Origin: Eledone cirrhosa
Taxonomy: Eukaryota
DNA: 64,000 nucleotides
Assembly (NCBI GenBank): GCA_964016885.1
Contig: OZ024743.1
Location: forward strand, 21,328,001-21,392,000
Reading direction: 5' to 3'
A model generated the notes under the pieces. The model saw only the letters and a list, made by a program, of their open reading frames with translations. It was not told where the DNA came from and ran no database searches. How positions within the stretch are numbered: position 1 is the stretch's first letter; each line of letters opens with the position of its first letter. Positions 26,341 through 43,316 of this stretch are shown here, in pieces. A program made the translations under genes and the position numbers.

Positions 26341-27990
26341 ACGAAGGAAATGTGGTAAGGAACCAGGTGAACCATAACGCACCAAATTACTCAATACTTA
26401 GGGTAGTAGAGTGGGTAATAGGAACCAGTAAGACCCCGACGGCTGAGCTCAAGCCGTTTCGACGGCTAATTCTGGACTAAATGAAAATTTATCCTGGTAT
26501 TTAAATAGCCGAGCTTCTCAAGGGGTAATTCCATATATGGTCAAAGTGATTGTCAAAAGTTAGTAGTAATTCTGTGATTGCAAATTAGTAGGGGAGATGG
26601 TGGCTAAACCTGCCAGTAGGAGAAAAAGGGGAGGGGTGGAGTAGACCCAATCACGCGTTGGTAGTGCCAGCTACAGCTGGGCATGAGGTCAAAGAAGATA
26701 CTGGGGAGGGGGAGGGGGAGGAAGTCGAAACGGTAGGTAGAACAATGAGGGGTAAAAATATATATATGAAAGAAAAAATACTGAGAGTGATGAAAAGCGA
26801 ATAAGTGTAAAGAAAAAAGAGTATAAAAGCAAGTTCTACGACCTAAGTCTCTAGCTATTGTTAGGCTAGGTAAATAAATAAATAAATAAAGAAAGAAAGA
26901 AAGAAAGAAATAAAGAAATAACGAAATAAGTAAATAAACTAGGTGGGACGGAATAGGCAAGGACCCTTTTAAGAGGTATAAGTACGTAAATCATACGGTG
27001 ACGGGTCAACAAATGGGGCCAAAATACTAAAGAAACTACCACGAAATAAATAATAAAGGTTTCTATCCCGGGCACAAGGCCAGCAACCACCCAGTGTAGC
27101 AAAGTAAACTAGTACGAGATAATAATTCTGAGTCCCGAAAAAAATATATACTAATGCTAACTCTAAAGGTACCGCCGCGCTACAAAAGATCTTATACAAG
27201 CTACATGAAAGTTCGTACGAAGTAAAGGTAGAATACGGAAAAATAAATAAATTCAGAATCCACCCCGCCCAAAAGAAAAGAGAAGACAGAAATACTGAAA
27301 CGAGAAAATAAGGCATAAGTGCCACTAAGAAATATAGAAGGCACGGAAAATAGGGGGAGCGGTCGGAAAAGGGGGCAAGTATCCGAAGTCTAACACAACT
27401 GCTATAAAAAGCGGAGTCCGTCAAATCTATCATAGACTAGGGGAGGGGGTGGGGGTACTGAGGCTACAAGGGGCCAAAGGGCAGCCTCGGGTGGGCGAGA
27501 AAAGACGCCGACAAAGAAGAAGAACTGGGGTAGAAGGACTAAGGAGGGATGGGGGGAAGAAGGATATGAAGGAAGCGATAAAAGAATAAAAAGAAGATCT
27601 TACGTCTCCCTTGGCAAGCAGGGGTTACCCATTGCAAAATCGGCAAGTGGGGTGTTATAGCCCTAGTCTACCCCCCGGGTCATTATGGGGTTTGAGGGCG
27701 AGGTAAGTCCTACGCAATCTATGTTTACATGCAGTAACCAGTTCATCTTTCTTGTTTCGGGGTTGGTCCGTCGAAAACAACATTTGTAAAGTTTCCTCCG
27801 AGCATAAATTGCACGGACGGCCGTGTAAGAATTGTCTCTGGACAGTAATCTCCAAGTGAGATCATAGGTGATGTTGTTGTCCTTGAGGTCCCATATGTGG
27901 CCCGAAAGTGTAGTGGCGTGACGCCGAGCCGGGTTTTGGAAGGTATGTCTATGTTGGTATAGCCGGGTCTTGAAGTCACATGCGGTTATA
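26341..27990 (-). mobile_element. 5'-truncated Nematis-type Penelope-like element (GIY-YIG C-terminus, 3' UTR, pLTR family A)
   Basis: ITACDFKTRLYQHRHTF...TTLSGHIWDLKDN...W, then PCNLCSEE...NKKDELVTACKHR. The pLTR carries a hammerhead; TA at both ends. Confidence 0.8.
26433..26526 (-). ncRNA. Type-I hammerhead with U3-A8 core
   Basis: ACCCC-UUGAGAA-gcuCGGCUAUUU...AAUUAGCCGuc-GAAA-CGGC uugagcuca GCCG-UC/GGGGU. Confidence 0.75.
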
Positions 27991-28117
27991 TATATATAGA
28001 CATACACACACACATATATAGAGTGAGAGGTAGAACACTGGAATGTAATATCCGTAGTAGTAGAGCACTCAGTCCATGGGACGTGTTAGGTAGAAGTGGT
28101 AACACAACAGTTTATAT

Positions 28118-28252
28118 ATAAGAGGTAACACAACAGTTAGTTCACCATACCGAGAACAATTGTTTCACCTTAGCGGATCCACAGCTTGTAGGATCCGCTA
28201 AGGTGAAACAATTGTTCTCGGTATGGTGAACTAACTGTTGTGTTACCTCTTA
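28118..28252. repeat. Perfect ~62-bp-arm hairpin containing the 3' half of a hammerhead (GAAA-CAAUUG-UU)
   Basis: ataagaggtaacacaac...agcggatcc-acagcttgta-ggatccgct...gttgtgttacctcttat. Confidence 0.8.
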
Positions 28253-28253
28253 T

Positions 28254-28819
28254 TATCATATGTAACCCATGTGCAACCACGCAGTATTCTTTCTTCTCAT
28301 GTTTTTTATATATATTTTCCCCAGCTGCGTTTGTCTGTTTCTCTCTTACTGCTTCCCCGCTCTCTCTGTTTCTCTCACCTTCTTTCGCCCCCTCTGTCAG
28401 TTCCACTTTCTCTCGACTGGCCTCTTCCTCACACTTCCACTCACTCACTCTCTGCTTCTCCCCTTCTCACTTCCTCCTGTTTGGCCTGTAGTGGGGTCTT
28501 TTCTTGCTCACACCTCACTCGCGTCGCACGGTCTGTAGTCTCTCGCCCATGAAATCCACACAGCTTACGCTGATCGGACTCCCATGTGCTTGTTTTTTCC
28601 TATCTTTGCGTTGCTATCCTTCTATGTTTGTTTACTTGTCTCGCTCGCTTTACGCGATTTACTTGTCCCAATAGCTTTATTTAGCTATTGCTCGCACCAA
28701 TTGGAGGTATATAATTTTTAAAGCGATTAAATACCAATGAAGGTTGGAAAATCACTGATGAAGGACTATTTTTATCATATGTAACCCATGTGCAACCACG
28801 CAGTATTCTTTCTTCTCAT

Positions 28820-28823
<4 letters not shown>
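28254..28823 (+). mobile_element. Non-coding pLTR-like element with a ~50-bp terminal direct repeat
   Basis: tatcatatgtaacccatgtgcaaccacgcagtattctttcttctcatgttt at both ends; homologous to 1462-1730 and 5540-5940. Confidence 0.7.
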
Positions 28824-28861
<38 letters not shown>

Positions 28862-28866
<5 letters not shown>

Positions 28867-29443
28867 GATAAGCATAACAAGCAAAATTCAACCAATTTTT
28901 TAAAATAAATTAAAAAATATAATTTAAAGGGGTACTTAGTACCCTTGGGCATATTAACTTCTATTATGTACTCCGTTATGTTGAGAACAAATCTGTTGTT
29001 TCTATTTAGCTGCTATTTTTAGTAACGAGATAGACAACACGTCTATGGTTTTCCCGCTTTCACCTCGGGCAGTTCACGTACGGGTCATTTTTCGACCTTT
29101 TAGATCCGTGCTGGCTGGCGGATAACAATATATTTTATCGTTCCTGGGTCTTTAGCCCTAGGAAAGGAAAATGCTTCTCTGATGAACTTTGATTTTCCAT
29201 TAGAAATCCATTGGATTTCTGGTGTTTTACAAAGCGAAACCGATCGGTAAGGGCCAAAAGAATAGGTAAATATTTAAATTATATTTTTTAATTTATTTTA
29301 AAAAATTGGTTGAATTTTGCTTGTTCTGCTTATCTTAATATTATAGTTCTGGTATGTCAAATTAATACCATAGAACAACCTTAAATCATAGACAACCTAT
29401 ATATTTCTAGGGGTACTTAGTACCCTTGGGCATATTAACTTCT
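28862..29443 (+). mobile_element. pLTR-like element with a 5' inverted arm and a terminal direct repeat, in (TA)n
   Basis: 28862-28928 is inverted at 29273-29340; ggggtacttagtacccttgggcatattaacttct is repeated at 28929 and 29410. Confidence 0.75.
29173..29254 (+). ncRNA. Type-I hammerhead ribozyme
   Basis: UUCU-CUGAUGA-aCUUUG...CAAAGc-GAAA-CCGAUCGG-UA/AGGG; canonical core. Confidence 0.75.
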
Positions 29444-29465
29444 TCTATTATATATATATATATAT

Positions 29466-30459
29466 GGCATACGTTAAGTTTAACGTTCGAGAAAATGAAA
29501 GTATATTTTCTGACAAGTGAATGTGTTTGTTTGTTTTTTTTACAATGAAAGTTACGATACACTGTTTGTTTATTTACAACAGGTCTCTATAGTGATATGG
29601 TGTTAATTAGTATTGCGTGTGTGATTATTTTTTCTTTTTCTTTTTTTGTGTATTGTGTGTACAGAAAATGACATTGTGTGTTGAAAGAAATACATTTTTT
29701 TAAAATAACTACATAGTTAGACGTTTGTTGCATATAACATATAAATTGACGTACCTTATCAACATCCTTATTAGACCGTATAAATAGCTGAAATACAGTT
29801 GATCATCTCGCCAAACTTGTTGGCACCAACTCTCTGCCGCCAAAGAAATTCAGCTAAATATGAGGGGAATAAATCGTCGCTTGTCCCATGTTGTCGACGA
29901 AGCTTTTTCTTCGCACGGCTCCAAGTGTTCTCTATGAGTTGTGTGTGCACATTAGGGTCTTCATGATCGACAAAGTTCCGTTGGTGCACAACAACATCAT
30001 GGAGGTAAATTCCACCTTGAATTTCTTCAATATCAGAATAGGAAGCTAAACCATCGGACATGATGTGGCTTCCTGGCAAAATCCATTCCTGTATGATGGG
30101 GACAAGAGTCTCACGGCTTCGATCTGGGACTTCGATGAGGCAGCAGCGTCCAGAATAAGGATGTTGATAAGGTACGTCAATTTATATGTTATATGCAACA
30201 AACGTCTAACTATGTAGTTATTTTAAAAAATGTTATTTCTTTCAACACACAATGTCATTTTCCGTACACACAATACACAAAAAAAGAAAAAGAAAAAATA
30301 ATCACACACGCAATACTAATTAACACCATATCACTATAGAGACCTGTTGTAAATAAACAAACAGTGTATCGTAACTTTCATTGTAAAAAAAAAAAAAAAC
30401 ACATTCACTTGTCAGAAAATATACTTTCACTTTCTCGAACGTTAAACTTAACGTATGCC
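29466..30459 (-). mobile_element. Merlin (IS1595/ISXO2-like) DNA transposon derivative with ~305-bp inverted arms
   Basis: Transposase C-terminal half at ~29771-30152: CCLIEVPDRSRETLVPIIQEWILPGSHIMSDG...VVHQRNFVD...HTQLIENTWSRAK...YLAEFLWR. Arms 29466-29772 / 30154-30459; TA flanks. Confidence 0.85.
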
Positions 30460-30554
30460 TATATATATATTTATGTATATATATAATCAAGGTTTAGCAA
30501 ATAAGAAAAAGTTTCAAAATAAATTTCAAAAAATTCACTGTACTTACTATGGTT

Positions 30555-30641
30555 ACCTTTACCGAATCGGTTTCGAGTCTCAAAAATAAATGGACAGTCC
30601 TTGTGGCCTTCCATTGAAAAGATAAACTCTCGTCAGAAGAT
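30555..30641 (-). ncRNA. Type-I hammerhead in pLTR-like element 30484-30885
   Basis: AUCUU-CUGACGA-GAGUUU...AGACUC-GAAA-CCG auu CGG-UA/AAGGU. Homologue at 42184-42267. Confidence 0.8.
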
Positions 30642-31139
30642 TCTTTTCACTCGGAGAATATAAAATTCCCGAGTTCAAATTACGAACTGGCGCTATTCAA
30701 AATTGTTCCCGAGATGAGAATGAATGATGTGGAAGCAATTCTGTCCAGTGCCGTGTGTAAAGATAGAAGGCAGAGGCAGAGAGGTCAATCTACTACCACT
30801 ATAAATAGTAGTAGTCAAAACGACCAGGGAGAGATTAATAATAATAAAGTATATATCCCTACACGCAAAAAACGAATAGGGACACATATATGTGTGTGTG
30901 TGTGTGTGTGTGCGGTGGAACTGGGGGTGGCAGAGGTGGGGGGAAAGCCCTCTCCTCCCCAATAATTATATTTTTTCCCCAAACTACCAAAACTCAGATT
31001 TTTGTACATGTTATGTTTATCGCATATCGAAGTTTTCTGACCATTTTAGAGTGCAAACAAGCTAAAGTAATCATTACAACTAAATCGACCAAATTTGGCC
31101 CCTCAATTCAGAAATGTTTCCACCGGACCTTCCTTTATT

Positions 31140-31290
31140 GTGGTTGAACTTATAGCGGTGGAGATTTCTGGCGTTCTTGGTCTTCGAACTACCTCCCTAC
31201 TCACTGTTATCGGAGCGGTGTTGGTCACCCGCACGAGTACCCCCCCCCCCCTTCATTGGTGTAACTCTTTCACCATCCTGTTCCCCCCAC
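31140..31290 (+). mobile_element. CRE-type LINE 3' fragment
   Basis: VELIAVEISGVLGLRTTSLLTVIG, homologous to 5200-5340. Confidence 0.55.
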
Positions 31291-31668
31291 ATGGATCACG
31301 AATGGGTTTGCGCTGAATGGTGTATTCCCACATTGTCCAGATTTGAATATTTGGGGTAGCGATTGTATAGCCTGCTGATATCTACAGCTGTCCACGCACA
31401 AACAGACACACATACACACACGCAAACAAACAAACACACACACACACACAAACAATCACACATACACACACACACACGCACACACATACACACGCACTCA
31501 CTCACACACACACACACACGCACACACACACTAACACACGCGCGTTTGTTTAATGCTCAAACTAATATATATATATATATTCGTTTTCTATACCATCATA
31601 CTCTGCTCTGTAAGAGCATAGAGTGCTCAACCGTGATACCGCCTAAGGAAGCATCTTAGCTACCATCA

Positions 31669-31753
<85 letters not shown>

Positions 31754-31904
31754 GTATATATATATATAAGTATTACGTACATGCATATATGAATACAGAC
31801 ATACAGTAGTATGTATTATCATACATACATGCACACATATATATATGTACGTATGGATTTACCGAACATTTATTATAATGTTCGGTTTGTTTGTAAACAA
31901 ACAG

Positions 31905-31909
31905 CCCGA

Positions 31910-31940
<31 letters not shown>

Positions 31941-31960
31941 AGTATATTGCGATGACCCGA

Positions 31961-32001
<41 letters not shown>

Positions 32002-32019
32002 TATATTGCGATGACCCGA

Positions 32020-32054
<35 letters not shown>

Positions 32055-32117
32055 TATATTGCGATGACCCGAATGTATATATATATATATATATAAGTAT
32101 ATTGCGATGACCCGAAT
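31905..32117 (+). repeat. Tandem units of (TA)n plus AAGTATATTGCGATGACCCGAATG
   Basis: Four copies separated by TA tracts of variable length. Confidence 0.85.
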
Positions 32118-32564
32118 AAAAAATTGTTAAATCTTCAGCAAAACTATTTGTCCTAAAATCTCGTCTGGTATCTCAGGCTGATAAATATGAATTAAACGAA
32201 CTAATTGAAGTAGCTCCCTCTAACGGTGTATAAAGCATTTAGTTTGAAAAGGTCTAACGGTAGGGTACTTGGCTACTTACCTCCACCCTTTTCCTTCTAT
32301 GTAATGACGATACTGGGGTTGAACATACTCGGCCTATTCCTGTCCGTCATAGCTGAATACCACCGCTACAATCACCACCACCACCACCACCACCACTACT
32401 ACTACTACTACTATTACTATCACCACCACCACTTCTACTACTACTACTACCACCACCACCACCACCACCACTTCTACTACTGTCATAATCACAATCACCA
32501 CCACCACCACCACCACCACTACTACTACTACTGCCATAACCACAATAACCCCCCCCCCCCCGCC

Positions 32565-32634
<70 letters not shown>

Positions 32635-33778
32635 TTTCCATGACGACCATCGCCGCCACAATCCTCCTGAACAGTTACTCCCTAGCGTGCTACTCATAAA
32701 TAGTAGAGAGTATGAAAAGCACAAGCCATCACTACAACCTCCACCTACACCCACAACCTTACCTTTAGCTCTTCCAGCTAGACACAGTAATTCATGAATG
32801 AGAGGGAGGGAGGGAATGAAGAGTGTGAACCTGAAGTCAAACAGGTATTTTAATGTGGACTGAAAATAACTGCCCCTTTAAACAAATACTCTATCGCATA
32901 TTAAGTGTAGTGTTCTGACACTTTTGAGACAACATATTTTACTCGGCTGCTTTAATGAGATGATAACGTTGAGGAAATCTATTGCCTAGAGTGTGTATCG
33001 CTGGGGCACTCATCAGTTTTCCACAGTAACCCCCCACCATATACTCAAATATATATATTACAACAGACATAAAAGTGTTGTTCCCATAAACATTATCACC
33101 CCCCCCCCCCCCCTCTCCCCCTAGCAACTGAGACATGAAACGTTCATATTTATATTGAAAAGGCGACGGATTGACAGAGACATAAAGCTTTGGCATTTGA
33201 TTCGGCTCACTGCGCTCTGAATTCAAGTTCCGTGAAGGTCAACTTTACTTTTCGAGGTCAATAAATAAATGACCAGGCCAGTAGTGGAGTCAGTTATTTC
33301 CTTGTCTCCCTCTCTGGAAGAAATCAACTGCGTTCCGTTCCGACCTTGACAGGGATAGTCCAGACCTGTCTACTCTTCCTGTCCGACGGGGAGATCTTCC
33401 ACCCACTTTTGGGTGGGTGAGAGATGTCTTCTCTTGTGAAAATGGGTATAGCTTTCATTATGTAAAATCTCCCCGTTTTGCCTCATTTCTTCCAGTTTGG
33501 GGGCACTTTTTTTCATGGTACTCTACGTTAGGGTTTTTAGAGGTTGGTAGGTCTGCTAGTCTCCGCTAGGTTTTAAATGCCCAAGATATGGCATGTGTCA
33601 AGACAGCGCCCCTACGACTCTATCAAGAGTTAAGTGCCCTTTACCTTATCTATTAATATGAAAAGTGGGGAGGGAGAACTAATGGAAACTGTAAAGTGTA
33701 TATTGAACGTCCGAAGCTTTGAGAGTCTGTTATTGACGTGGTTGGAGCGCTTTTGATCATATTTGATATGGTTATGTG

Positions 33779-35080
<1,302 letters not shown>

Positions 35081-35220
35081 GCTATGTGGTTAAGAAATTT
35101 GATTCTTATGTGCAGCGCTATGAGCAAGTGTCTTCTATCATATCCTTAGACTGACTAATACCTTTTGAGTAAAAATTAATTTGATAGAAAATTTGGTAAC
35201 GCATCACTTTTTCTTTACTT

Positions 35221-37312
35221 TGTAGCGGTTGTCTCCCTTGTTTTGATTGGGATCTAGACGGGAGGTGGAACCCTTTCTGCGACTTCCGGTCAGAGCCCTA
35301 TAAAACTAACAACTTTAAGCTTCCTTTCTCTCTTTGCCTTTTCGGCACCAGGACAAGAGCCTCTCATTTGGCTCTGCCATTAATTTGGCCAACAGGCGCC
35401 TGGCCTTAGCCAGGCGCCCTCTGCCAGCCGCGTTTGCCTGGCAATCAAAACGGTAACTACTAACTTTGTTTCATTCTAACATCTATCTTTGACATGTCAA
35501 GTATTCCATCTACCGTTAATTAAATATTATATACACAAACCATATCTCGTTTTGTTACATTCATACAACCCAGTATCCTCGCTATATTGGTAACCTTGAC
35601 GTGATACGAACACGCAGCCGTTCATCGCTATAAGTGGTCACCCCCCCCCCAAAAAAAAAAGAAAAAATAGCACATCTGGTTTTGTGAGTAACATTACGAA
35701 TACACAGCAAATTTAGCGACAAACTATGAAAATACTCAAGGACACGCACATGTGGAATTCGCACGTACATACTTTTTCTCTCACGCATCAACTAACTGTC
35801 GCATTTCACCAATATATATATATGTTTCTCGTTTCTTACAACGAACACTTTCAAAACAAAAAAAAAAAAAACATTTCACGATATATATATGTGTTTCTCG
35901 TTTCTTACAACGAACTCTTTCAAAAAAAAAAAAAAAAAAAGAAATTCGATATTCTTTAAAAATCATTTCAACAGGAACATTTATTTTCGATAAACCATTG
36001 CCTTTTTGTTCATCGTTTTCTTCATCGTTCAAGTTTTTTTTTTTTTTTCCAAAAGTTCACACCAATAATTATGCTGAGTGAAGCCTTTCTTTTTCATCAT
36101 TGTCACTTTCAAAATTGCACTATCATTTTCTCGCGCGTTAGAAATATTATTATTTTCAACCTTGTATTGGCACGTGTAGGCAGCACAAATTCTCGATTCA
36201 CAGAGATGTCTCTACTCACAGACAGCCGCACGCCATTTATCACCAGGGATTCTTCAGCCTTAAGCTATATTCTTCTATTTGCCGGTTTATAAATTTACAA
36301 TGTAAATTTACAGTTGATAACCGCACATTTATTAAGAATGCTTATTTCTCTGGTCGCTGGCCTCTTGACCCTTCCAGGTCAACGCATTCTCAACATCGAC
36401 CATCAACTTCGGCTGCTATTTCTGGCACTTTGCGCAACTCACTTTTTCTAAGAAAAAAGGATTTTTTTACTGTGAATTTAAACACCGAATACGCTCACTC
36501 AGCGAGGCAACAGCAATATAACAGCAACAGCAATACATCAACACAGCTTCACCAAAGCCAGAGAATTTATTTTTGCAGCACTCTTCCTGTGAGAAAATCC
36601 ATTCGGATGTTGGAAATTTCACGATATACCACAGAACAGAAACCACCTGCATTCATTCTCTGGAACACACTTTCTTTCCTGCTGTCATGTGATTGCACAC
36701 CTGTGAACTATATTTTGAACTTTGAGCTCTTCTATTACTTTTACTTTATTACATTGTATCTTTGGGTGATGGATAGATGGATGTCCAGTCGTTCTCTGGC
36801 CAAGAGCGGTTGGCTACCTTGATATCTATCATTGATTTTTCCAAACATTCTTTTGTCGTAATTTTCATGCCTGTTACAACATTCTCGCCAACTTGCTACA
36901 TATTTTCATTTCGATTTTTATACACTAAAATTCTGGCGGGAGGTTATGTAGCGGTTGTCTCCCTTGTTTTGATTGGGATCTAGACGGGAGGTGGAACTCT
37001 TTCTGCGACTTCCGGTCAGAGCCCTATAAAACTAACAACTTTAAGCTTCCTTTCTCTCTTTGCCTTTTCGGCACCAGGACAAGAGCCTCTCATTTGGCTC
37101 TGCCATTAATTTGGCCAACAGGCGCCTGGCCTTAGCCAGGCGCCCTCTGCCAGCCGCGTTTGCCTGGCAATCAAAACGGTAACTACTAACTTTGTTTCAT
37201 TCTAACATCTATCTTTGACATGTCAAGTATTCCATCTACCGTTAATTAAATATTATATACACAAACCATATCTCGTTTTGTTACATTCATACAACCCAGT
37301 ATCCTCGCTATA
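35221..37312 (+). mobile_element. Non-autonomous LTR retrotransposon (TRIM/LARD-like, probably Gypsy-derived)
   Basis: 366-bp LTRs at 35221-35586 and 36947-37312 (one mismatch seen); 4-bp TSD ACTT; PBS-like TTGGTAACCTTGACG; PPT-like GGCGGGAGG; no intact ORF. Confidence 0.9.
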
Positions 37313-37449
37313 ACTTCAACAAAAGAAATATTTCTATAGTACATCAAATGAATTTAAGTTTCATTGATTATTGGTCATTTTAAATACACACATAGAATTC
37401 ATAAACAGACTCATTAACTGCTTAATGAACACAACCACAAGGATATGGT

Positions 37450-37612
37450 CCGAACGTGGAAGGGCCGAGCTCCCACTGTCACCGCTTCCATCTCTCTCGC
37501 CCTCCCCATCTCTCCGTATGGTGAGCAAATGGGGTCCCAGGTGCTGGCCTCCCCCACAGCCCCGGCAGACAGAATGAAGAAGGCGTTTCTCCGGAGGATG
37601 GTAAGGGAGTTT
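37450..37612 (-). mobile_element. CRE-type LINE 3' tip
   Basis: SLTILRRNAFFIL plus a 3' UTR homologous to 5330-5455. Confidence 0.6.
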
Positions 37613-37780
37613 CGAGGGCAGTGGATTGGCAGAATCGGTAGAGTGTCGGGCACTCTACTTCGTTGCAGAGAGTTACGGTTCTTTACGTTCTGAGTTCAAA
37701 TCCCGCCGAGGTTAACTTTACCTTTCATCCTTACGGGGTCGATAAAATAAAGTACCAGTAATGTACTGGGTCGATTTAAT
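37613..37780 (+). mobile_element. SINE copy
   Basis: Box-B-like gagttcaaatcccgccgagg...ctttcatcc...gataaaataaagtaccagt. Confidence 0.75.
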
Positions 37781-38161
37781 AATAATAATTTAGTCAATTT
37801 ACTTGTAGTGGTTAGTTTAGCTTTTTGCACTTTAAAATGGTCAGAAAACTTCGATATGTATATAAATTGTAGCGCATATCCAAATAGATGTGTGTTTTGG
37901 TAGTTTGGGGTGAAAATATAATTATTGGAGGGTGGGGGACATGTATATATATATATATATATACTATACTATAAAGATAATGAACAAGGATTCAGTGTTG
38001 CATCATAACATATTTAATAATGTATTACATATATTTCTCTATCGATCAGCTCGAAGCAAGATCTATTATAGATCGAACCTGATTCTGTAATCAAAAGGTT
38101 GTTGGATATGCTTTGTATATGAGTTCGTCTCCGATTTGAGTATATGATTCGTCTCGAGATA

Positions 38162-38570
38162 TAGGTTCACAATCTTTTATCCGAAATTCCTAAAACCGAA
38201 CATTTTTTCCAAGATGTCGTCTGCAACACTAGTCAACCCAAGTCGTGCAGTTGTGTCTCAATGCTCTTACCAGTCAGACGCACGTCACCTCTACTGCTCA
38301 TGGAAATTTTTTGCTGATTCAAGAATCCCCGAGCCAGGCCACCTAAGTCCATGTAACCCCACTAGGTTGACAAGAGAGCGCTACTTCCCTCACCGAGTAA
38401 CTGCCGGGATCGAGGTGCGACCTTGCGGAGCCAAGCACTCTACCACTGAACCACCCTGTCCCCTGTAATGTTTTAACTAAAAAACTTTAAAATCTACGCT
38501 AAAAATCTTCCATTCCGAAATCCGAAAATTGTCTGGTCCCAAGGTTTTCGGATAAGAGATTATGAAACTG
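38162..38570. mobile_element. pogo-type MITE containing a SINE-like insert (~38270-38462, minus strand)
   Basis: Imperfect TIRs ggttcacaatcttttatccgaaa / tttcggataagagattatgaaactg; TA flanks. Confidence 0.55.
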
Positions 38571-39005
38571 TATATATATATATATATGTAGCGGTTTTTT
38601 TTCCATTTCAGATAGACGTGCTCCATCATCCACTTTTTCTAAAAAAGTATATCATACACGAAACGAAAGCATCAACAGATTTCCAAGAGATGGCAACATG
38701 AATGGACCAGTTATTTTTCTCTAAAAACATGTTTTCTGATTCCACCCTGCCCGTTTTTTCAATCTTTCTAATTTCTCATTCTTTCTAATTTCTCATTCTT
38801 TAAGCGTCATTAAAGTAATATATTCCTTCCATATACTGTATCGAACGTGTTGTTATTTCTGTTTACCTTATATATATATATATATTGTTATACTTTGGGA
38901 GGGTCATGTTGCCAATAAGAAACACACGCACCAGTTACTTTCACTCCAATTTATTATAAATTAAATTTATAAATTTAAGAATTTATAATTTTCCGGTCAG
39001 AAACG

Positions 39006-42096
<3,091 letters not shown>

Positions 42097-42109
42097 ATAT
42101 ATATATATA

Positions 42110-42653
42110 TATAATCAAGGTTTAGCAAATAGAGAAAAAGTTTTAAAATAAATTTTAAAAAGTTCGCTGTACTTACAATATGTACCTTTACCGCGCGGTT
42201 TCAAGTCCCAAAATAAATGGCTAGTCCGGGTGGACTTTCATTGAGAAGGGGACTCTCGTCAGAAGGTTCTCTCGTTCGGAGAATATAAAATTCCCGAGTT
42301 CAAGTCACAAACTGGCGCCATACAAAACTGTTCCGGGATGAGAGTGAATGAGGAAAGAAACATTCTTATCTAATGCCGTGTGTAAAGACAGAAGGCAGGG
42401 GCGGACTGGTCAATGTCCTGTCACTAGAAATAGCAGCAGTTCAAACGACCAAATGTTATCTCAACCTTAGGGGATATTAATAATAATAAAGTATGTGTTC
42501 CTACGTGTAAAAAATACATATAGGGACACAAGTATTATCCAACCATATGTCATTGTGGTTCTATGGCAGGTTAATAAATTAACGAGCCAGAACATATATA
42601 ATCAAGGTTTAGCAAATAGAGAAAAAGTTTTAAAATAAATGTTAAAAAGTTCG
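42110..42653 (-). mobile_element. pLTR-like non-coding element with a ~55-bp terminal direct repeat, in (TA)n
   Basis: ataatcaaggtttagcaaatagagaaaaagttttaaaataaat at 42111 and 42598; homologous to 30484-30885. Confidence 0.75.
42184..42267 (-). ncRNA. Type-I hammerhead ribozyme
   Basis: ACCUU-CUGACGA-GAGUCCC...GGGACUU-GAAA-CCGCGCGG-UA/AAGGU; canonical core. Confidence 0.85.
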
Positions 42654-42678
42654 TATATATATATATATATATATATAT

Positions 42679-43084
42679 ACCTCTTCGGTGATGCTCTGAT
42701 TAACTTTTTCAAATTTCATTTGAAAAGGAAAATCAGGGTAGAGAGGGAAGTGCTCTCTTCCCAGCATTTTGTTGAAAGATGGGTGAGAGAAGCAAGTATG
42801 GCCGAGTGAATGGGCCTACTCTGAGTATGTGTCTGTAAATTAAAGGTGGAAAACTGGGAGAGGGCACTTGCCCTGGTGGTCAGGGTCACTGTGGCCTTTT
42901 AATGGGCTTTCTCCACAAATATCCCTCGGAAGTCTCCCCCCTATTGGGGAATTTTTCATTGCTATTTTTTTATTACATCCTCTGTTTTTTTTACACGCAG
43001 AAATGCCCATTTGTACCGTCCTGTATTGTCCTGTACTGTCCTTAATGCCTACTTTATGTAAACCCTTGTGGTTAATAAAGAAAG

Positions 43085-43150
<66 letters not shown>
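42679..43150 (+). mobile_element. Short 3' fragment of the Tx1/L1 family with a long (ATT)n tail
   Basis: Near-identical to 21379-21806. Confidence 0.85.
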
Positions 43151-43152
<2 letters not shown>

Positions 43153-43316
43153 TTAGGTTCATTCATTTGTTGAGACGTATTGTAGATCGCTCTCGTAAGT
43201 TTGTTGTTATTCCATCGTTATCCAACTTATTTTGTTGAATATCTAATATTGTTTTATAAATAAAATAACTGGAATCATTGTGAGTTGGTTAGTTTTTCTG
43301 TACCTGTAGCCCGTAG

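Noticed and set aside
37613-37720. tRNA gene
   Set aside because: Box-B-like motif only; it is the head of a multi-copy SINE and has no cloverleaf.
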